DNA from: Promethearchaeota archaeon
Lineage (GTDB): Archaea; Asgardarchaeota; Lokiarchaeia; Sigyniarchaeales; SOKP01
NCBI GenBank assembly: GCA_018238625.1
Contig: JABCSY010000020.1
Location: forward strand, 1 to 46,925
Length of the DNA: 46,925 nucleotides
Direction of reading: 5' to 3'
The translations under genes were made by a program, and so were the position numbers. Below, piece by piece: positions 41,549-46,925 of the stretch. The notes beneath the pieces were generated by a model. The model was not told the DNA's origin, made no database searches, and saw nothing but the letters and a program-made list of their open reading frames with translations. Numbering within the stretch: position 1 is the stretch's first letter; every line of letters starts with the position of its first letter.

Positions 41549-41662
41549 TTATAATTTAATAGAAAGGAAATCTTTTTCTTGAACGAGTGTAGGATTATTT
41601 ATATTCATATCTTTTAGTCCATTAATTATATTAATACTAATTCCTATTTCTTGGAAAGTCAT
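41549..41662 (-). pseudogene. Truncated DEAD-box helicase N-terminus (Q-motif only, 37 aa)
   Basis: AAGGTGA RBS then MTFQEIGISINIINGLKDMNINNPTLVQEKDFLSIKL*, matching F.ELG......L......PT..Q. Confidence 0.7.
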
Positions 41663-41712
41663 TAATAATCACCTTTAGTTTATACTTTTATCCTTGTTAA
41701 TAAATAATTATT

Positions 41713-43785
41713 TTAAACATAATTAACTTGAAATGAAGATAATTTTCCATTTTTGATTATTATCTCTCGATATGCTCCTACTTTCCTAAGTCTTTTGAAG
41801 GATTTTAATCCCAAGGCAGGAGTTTGAACTATGAAGGGACTATATTTTTGAATATTCTTTTTATTTTTACAAATCTCAGAATAATCATCATAAAATACTG
41901 CAATCGATGATTCTTTGTTTTCTTCATCGTTAGAGCTATTTTGTAAACATTTCTTCAATCTATATTCATTTAACATGTGTGTATGACCTGATATTGTAAG
42001 AGTACAATAATCATAACAAAAATTAATCAATTTCTCCCAATTAGTAGAAATCGTTCCATGTTTAATATTAAATTTATCGTCAATACGCGCTTTTTCTCTT
42101 TTTCTCTTTAAACTGTTAAATTTTGATTCTCTGAACTGATCTATTTCTATTCTTATCATTTTTTTAAATTTTTTTTTAATTCGACTTAAAATACCTCGTT
42201 TCTCTCTTGTATTTATAGGAGGTGCATGTAAACAAAGAAAAATTTGAAGTTTTTTATTAAACTTACTCTTAATAATATTATTTAAAAATTTTATTTGCTT
42301 CTGAGTAAGACCTGTTAGAGAGGGCCTTCCTGATATAAAATCTTTCATTTTTTTATAGGAATCCGCCCCTGTATTTAGAAAAATAAATAAAAAATTGCCT
42401 AATTTTAAATAGTAATCTAATGAAGCATTTATTTCTGATAAGTATCCTGTTAATGCTTTTTCACTCTTTAGAATTGCTCTAATTGGAGAAGCTGAATATT
42501 CATCTTTTAATGCTTGAGCTTCAATTTTTTTAAGCCCAATTTTTTTATAAATTCCTCCCCAATTTAAATCATATTGCCAAGGTCGATAATCATGATTCCC
42601 GGGAATGGTAAAGATAGGGCATAAGATTTCTTCCGATTTTTTTATACCTTTTTTATTAGTTTGCTCTATATTTAAGATAATATCTTTGAAAATTTTCCAA
42701 TTACTATTCTCATAAGGAAAAATAGTTTTTTGATTTGATGATATTTTACTAACATTGGTAAAATCTACAATATCTCCTGTAATAATTACAAAATCAATTT
42801 TATTATTGATAACTTTTGTATTTATTTTTTTAACAAATTTTCTAAATAAATTGTTTGGATTAATCAGTCTTTTTTTAAATGAGAGATCAATTTTAAAAAG
42901 AGATTTTCTAATATCATACTTATCATTTGATTTTGGCGGATTAGTTTTTATTTGATTTATTTTTTTGATATTTTTATTCCTAAGATTTCGATACATATTA
43001 TTAATTTTATTAAACATTTCATCATTTCTTTTTGCTATATGTAAATCAGTAGCTTGCACGATATTGATATTACTCCAATCATTTTTTGAAATGACAATCG
43101 CATGATAATTTATTTTTTTATCCAAATTAGAATTTGCAAATAAAATATCAAACATAATGAAATTTCTATTTGATAAAAAGTCTAAAATCTCATCAGTTAA
43201 ATTAAATTCTAAAGTAATTGTATAAAAATATTCTAAATTACCAAACACTTCTAATTTTCTTAAATAATTCTGTGGTTTACAATATTGATCATCAATATAT
43301 ATTGAGTCATTAATCTTTATTGGAGTCGATGATTTTAGGTTTACGATTTTAGTGATTATTGGAGTTCCCCTAAAAGCACGAGGTTTTATTTTCTTTGAAT
43401 CTTTCTTTCTTATTTTTTTAATTCTTACTTGTTTGTTCCCAAATTTATCTAATTCTTCAATTGAAATTTCAAATCCTTTTTCTTTTTTTTTAAATAAGAA
43501 AATAATTTTTAATTTTTTCCATAAACTTTTAATTTTTTCTATTAATCCTCTCTTTTCGAGAAGTTGCTCTAATTTCCACTTATATTCAAAAATAGGTATA
43601 ATTTTTATATTGTCAGTTAATAATTCTTTTACTTTTTTTGGATTCTTTATATGAGTTATGATTAATAAATCTGTTTTAAAGTTTTGCTTAGATAAATTTC
43701 TGCCTATATTCAATATTCTGGGATGTCCAATGTTTGGACTAACCAAAAATAAGCCTTTAGAATTCATAATAACAATCACAATCAC
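41713..43785 (-). CDS. Calcineurin-like metallophosphoesterase with long basic N-terminal region
   Basis: TDLH, TGDIVD, PGNHD, LHAPP, SGHTH. Confidence 0.88.
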   Translation of the reverse strand: MIVIVIMNSKGLFLVSPNIGHPRILNIGRNLSKQNFKTDLLIITHIKNPKKVKELLTDNIKIIPIFEYKWKLEQLLEKRGLIEKIKSLWKKLKIIFLFKKKEKGFEISIEELDKFGNKQVRIKKIRKKDSKKIKPRAFRGTPIITKIVNLKSSTPIKINDSIYIDDQYCKPQNYLRKLEVFGNLEYFYTITLEFNLTDEILDFLSNRNFIMFDILFANSNLDKKINYHAIVISKNDWSNINIVQATDLHIAKRNDEMFNKINNMYRNLRNKNIKKINQIKTNPPKSNDKYDIRKSLFKIDLSFKKRLINPNNLFRKFVKKINTKVINNKIDFVIITGDIVDFTNVSKISSNQKTIFPYENSNWKIFKDIILNIEQTNKKGIKKSEEILCPIFTIPGNHDYRPWQYDLNWGGIYKKIGLKKIEAQALKDEYSASPIRAILKSEKALTGYLSEINASLDYYLKLGNFLFIFLNTGADSYKKMKDFISGRPSLTGLTQKQIKFLNNIIKSKFNKKLQIFLCLHAPPINTREKRGILSRIKKKFKKMIRIEIDQFRESKFNSLKRKREKARIDDKFNIKHGTISTNWEKLINFCYDYCTLTISGHTHMLNEYRLKKCLQNSSNDEENKESSIAVFYDDYSEICKNKKNIQKYSPFIVQTPALGLKSFKRLRKVGAYREIIIKNGKLSSFQVNYV

Positions 43786-43795
43786 AATCTTAATT

Positions 43796-44704
43796 TTAAT
43801 TTAATGCTTTTTTAATATCCTTTACTCTAGTTCTTAAAGTCACTTCAGTAATTTTAGAAATATATGAAACTTCAGTTTGGGTCTTTCGGTGCTTAGTAGA
43901 TCTTGCTGCCATATAAATAGCAGAAGCAGCAAATCCTTTTGGATCTTTTCCATTTGTAGAAAGCCCTTTTTTAGAGGATGTTTTGAGTAACCTCAATGCT
44001 TCTTTTTGTATTTTAATAGGAATTTTTAACTTATTTCCAAATCTAAATACCAATTTTTCTGGTGTGATCGGGCGATATCTTAAACCTAATTCGGGTAAAA
44101 CTTCTTTAATTAATATTCCTAAAGAGCGAATAAGCGTTCTTCGAGAAATTATACATACCTCGTTTATTTCTTCCAATAGTATAGGAAGTTCATGAACTCG
44201 AATCGCAGCATATAAGGAAGCTGATACAAAACCATCTATTGATCTACCCATTGTTAATTTCTTTTTTGCAGCTGATATATAAATTCTCCAGGCTGTTTGA
44301 TAAATGTATTCAGGAATATTTAATTTAGAAACAAGTAGCTTCATTTTAGGTTTAGCTTCCCATAAATTTCTTTCTAATCCCGAAGTTAAAGATCTTTGTA
44401 TTTTTGATAAACGTTTGAATAATGGTCTTCTTTTAGTATTAATATTATAACCTTTAGAATCAAGATTATTATTTGAAAGTAGGGTTCTTGGACCAAAATT
44501 TCTCCATTTTACTTGCGTTCTTTTCCTTTTTCTTAATTCCTCAGGTGTGAAAGCTCTTCTCTCTTTTTGAAATAATTGAATACCAAATACCATTCCACAA
44601 TTTAAACATACTAAATTACCATTTCTTAAATCCACACATTGCTTTTCACAACATTGTTCCTTTTTATTTAATCTAGAAAGGCTTTTTTCTTTATAATTAC
44701 TCAT
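43796..44704 (-). CDS. tfb: Transcription initiation factor IIB (TFB)
   Basis: Zn ribbon (VCLNCG), ERRAF B-reader, ERNL, GRSI...ASLYAA, GKDP, TQTEVS...TEVTLRTR. Confidence 0.96.
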   Translation of the reverse strand: MSNYKEKSLSRLNKKEQCCEKQCVDLRNGNLVCLNCGMVFGIQLFQKERRAFTPEELRKRKRTQVKWRNFGPRTLLSNNNLDSKGYNINTKRRPLFKRLSKIQRSLTSGLERNLWEAKPKMKLLVSKLNIPEYIYQTAWRIYISAAKKKLTMGRSIDGFVSASLYAAIRVHELPILLEEINEVCIISRRTLIRSLGILIKEVLPELGLRYRPITPEKLVFRFGNKLKIPIKIQKEALRLLKTSSKKGLSTNGKDPKGFAASAIYMAARSTKHRKTQTEVSYISKITEVTLRTRVKDIKKALN

Positions 44705-44833
44705 TTTTAACTTTACTAATCTTTTAACTAAAAAATTCAGAGTGATTCGAATTATTTAAAATCACAGCTAACAAAATTTGATGAAAACTTTAGAAATTAG
44801 TTTTCAAAACTTTTTTTATATAGAATTTAAAGT

Positions 44834-45187
44834 TCAAAACATATCACTAAAATCTTTAATTGGTTCAAACTCATCTATCAAATTAAACTTTTCAAATTTT
44901 TCCTTTTCTAACTTAAAAATATATGATTGAATTAATGCTAATAGTTTATAAATATCATTATTTTTTGGTTTATAGTATTTAATTTTACCTTTTTTTTCAT
45001 ATTCTATGAGATCGGCATCATATAGTTTTTTTAATTGATGTGAAGCATAACTTTGACTAATGTTCAAAGATGTTTGAATTTTGATTGATGTACTTGGATT
45101 ATCTTTTAAAAATTCTAAAATATTTAATCTTGTAGGATCACTTAGTACTTTGAAGAAATTTGATATTCGTTTTTTCAAGTCTTCCAA
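44834..45187 (-). CDS. ArsR/SmtB-family transcriptional regulator
   Basis: FFKVLSDPTRLNIL, SQSYASHQLKKL, KKGKIKYY. Confidence 0.92.
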   Translation of the reverse strand: MEDLKKRISNFFKVLSDPTRLNILEFLKDNPSTSIKIQTSLNISQSYASHQLKKLYDADLIEYEKKGKIKYYKPKNNDIYKLLALIQSYIFKLEKEKFEKFNLIDEFEPIKDFSDMF

Positions 45188-45393
45188 ACTTTATAATCGC
45201 CTTATTATCTTATATTAATTCAATCATTCTAAATTTTTTAATAAAAAATTTCAATCTACACTTTAATAAAAGTAATAATATTATATAAATTTATTTATTA
45301 TAATAATTAAATATTGTAAAATCGAAATATTTAAATAAATAGGTACATTATTTATAATTAGAGTTAATTATAATAAAAATTAAAATTTTAGAG

Positions 45394-45936
45394 GTGAAAA
45401 AGATTTACGAGAAAATCTTAATTGCAATGGATAATTCAGATGATGCTTTCCGTGCGGCAAGAAGAGTTGTGGAGATTGTAAAAGATCAAAACTCCAAGAG
45501 AAAAATTGCTCAAAATAATAAGCAAGAAGTAAGTATGAAAGTTAAGAATTCACTTGAAGTTGTCGCTTTTCATTCAACAGAACATCGCAAATTGCCTGAG
45601 AAAATTGCTTTATGCGTACCTTCATCATTCGGGCCAAGTTATTCAATTCCATCAGTGGATTATAGAAAACTTCAAGAAGAATATGAACTACATGGTACCA
45701 AAATCTTAAAAAAGATAGAAGAGATCTTTGAAAAAAACCATATTGATATAGAAACACGTTTAATCTCAGATGAAGAACCTGAAGATTACATAGAAAAGGT
45801 AGTGGAAGAGGAAAACTTTGATCTTATAGTTTTAGGCAGTAAAGGCGAACATTCAAAATTAGAACAAATATTTTCAGGTACAATTGCTCAGAAAGTTGTA
45901 AATGATGTACCTTGTGATGTTCTTATTGTTCGATAA
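45394..45936 (+). CDS. Universal stress protein (UspA family)
   Basis: YEKILIAMDNS, DLIVLGSKG...GTIAQKVV...CDVLIVR; probable true start is ATT at 45403. Confidence 0.93.
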   Translation: MKKIYEKILIAMDNSDDAFRAARRVVEIVKDQNSKRKIAQNNKQEVSMKVKNSLEVVAFHSTEHRKLPEKIALCVPSSFGPSYSIPSVDYRKLQEEYELHGTKILKKIEEIFEKNHIDIETRLISDEEPEDYIEKVVEEENFDLIVLGSKGEHSKLEQIFSGTIAQKVVNDVPCDVLIVR

Positions 45937-46073
45937 TCATTATTTATATAAATCGTTCGTGCAATTAAAGGAGTTATCTACTATATTTACATTTTTAATT
46001 GAAAAGTCGATATTTTATTATTAGATTTTTCTTTTATTTATAATAAAAAGAATCAATAAGTAGGTGATCAAAT

Positions 46074-46322
46074 ATAATAAATCTTAAAATTATTAAGAAA
46101 GATGGTTCTGAAGAGGATTTTGATCCAAATAAGATTTTGGAAGTTTGTAAAAAAGCAGGAGCTTCTGAAAGTACATCTAAACAAGTGCTTGATCAGATTG
46201 TTAAAAGATTATTAAAAGTTAAAAGTTCTAAAATAAGGAGGATGGTGAATAAAAATTTAAGAAAGATAGATAAAGAAGCTTTTGATAATTACAGAAAACA
46301 TTATATTAAAGAACCATTTTAA
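46074..46322 (+). CDS. Stand-alone ATP-cone domain protein
   Basis: Frame extends upstream of the track's TTG as INLKIIKKDGSEEDFDPNKILEVCKKAG, the ATP-cone signature; AGGTGA RBS then ATA at 46074. Confidence 0.8.
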   Translation: MINLKIIKKDGSEEDFDPNKILEVCKKAGASESTSKQVLDQIVKRLLKVKSSKIRRMVNKNLRKIDKEAFDNYRKHYIKEPF

Positions 46323-46469
46323 GCGTTATGAAACTGATTAAAGGATAAAGGAAAAATTACATATTAGCAGTTTTCGGCAATCTATAGGAACTTCTCTGCC
46401 AATTTATACAAATCCTGAAATTTTAGATATCACTAAATAATAAAAATTTAGACAATTGGAGGTGAAAGA

Positions 46470-46730
46470 ATGAAAATGAAATCGATTTTAAAAAATCTGA
46501 AAACTAAAAAGGTTAGCATATTTGTAAGAAATTTAGGGGAATATAGTCAGTTTCGAGGTGTATTAAAAGAAGTTACTGAAGAAATTATTGTATTAATGGC
46601 AAGATATAATAAATTTATTTATATCCCTATATCAGAAATTGTGGTTGTTATAGAAAATGAAGTAAAATCAGAAACTCTAAAAGAAAAATTAGCAAATCCC
46701 ATCACAATAAGTTCTGTTGCTCAGAATTAA
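46470..46730 (+). CDS. Small Sm/Hfq-like fold protein
   Basis: GGAGGTG RBS; KKVSIFV...FRGVLKEVTEEIIVL...IYIPISEIVVV pattern. Confidence 0.6.
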   Translation: MKMKSILKNLKTKKVSIFVRNLGEYSQFRGVLKEVTEEIIVLMARYNKFIYIPISEIVVVIENEVKSETLKEKLANPITISSVAQN

Positions 46731-46925
46731 TTATTGAATAATTTCAGAAAGAAGGGTTAATAAGTGGAAAACACATTGATAAATTCATTAGTGAATATGC
46801 TCACATTTTTTATCATAAAAAAGAGCTAGAATTACTACAGGCAGCTTTAAACTTAAAAAGAAAAAAATTCTTCAACCACTTACTCCTATCTTTCAAGAGC
46901 TTTGATTAGTTTTCAAGTTACCTTT

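Larger units (their letters stand above)
35300..46925. mobile_element. Putative low-GC accessory region or genomic island (right end not in window)
   Basis: Visible drop in GC and CpG, short genes, pseudogene fragments, tandem repeat, AbiEi-like gene; no integrase or att site seen. Confidence 0.4.

Noticed and set aside
123-45757. Many short antisense or overlapping ORFs in the track (e.g. 1308, 4139, 10881, 19960, 25334, 32150, 43352, 45542)
   Set aside because: Shadows of well-supported genes on the opposite strand or frame, with no family motifs
46341-46909. Start-less open frames flanking the Sm-like gene (…SIGTSLPIYTNPEILDITK and FQKEGLISG…)
   Set aside because: Could be gene fragments, but the resemblance is too weak to support

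Overview
AT-rich archaeal chromosomal window, most consistent with Lokiarchaeia/Asgard archaea. The domain call rests on TBP, TFB, aIF1, split purS/purQ/purL and GGTGA ribosome-binding sites; the Asgard assignment is inference from protein style. 1-35 kb is metabolic: surface and membrane proteins including an FG-GAP protein with about 7 TM segments, PadR-Hsp20, HAD hydrolases, purC/purSQL, an operon of alkyl-DHAP-synthase-like flavoprotein, CCG Fe-S protein, eukaryotic GK5-like kinase and a second FGGY kinase, a glmM/nagB/glmS/two-glmU cluster, a GH13 amylase, a 2-hydroxyacyl-CoA dehydratase-like protein and an asnB lacking its catalytic Cys. From about 35.3 kb the DNA is visibly more AT-rich and carries a concentrated set of gene-expression and stress genes: TBP, TFB, RpoM/TFS-type zinc ribbon, aIF1, a DEAD-box remnant, Sm-like and ATP-cone proteins, a Cys-to-Ser peroxiredoxin, USP, ArsR and an AbiEi-like protein. 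Several of these have a strong Shine-Dalgarno followed at normal spacing by ATT/ATA rather than ATG. No rRNA, complete tRNA, CRISPR array, integrase or transposase was recognised. Homology calls come from motif recognition, not database searches.
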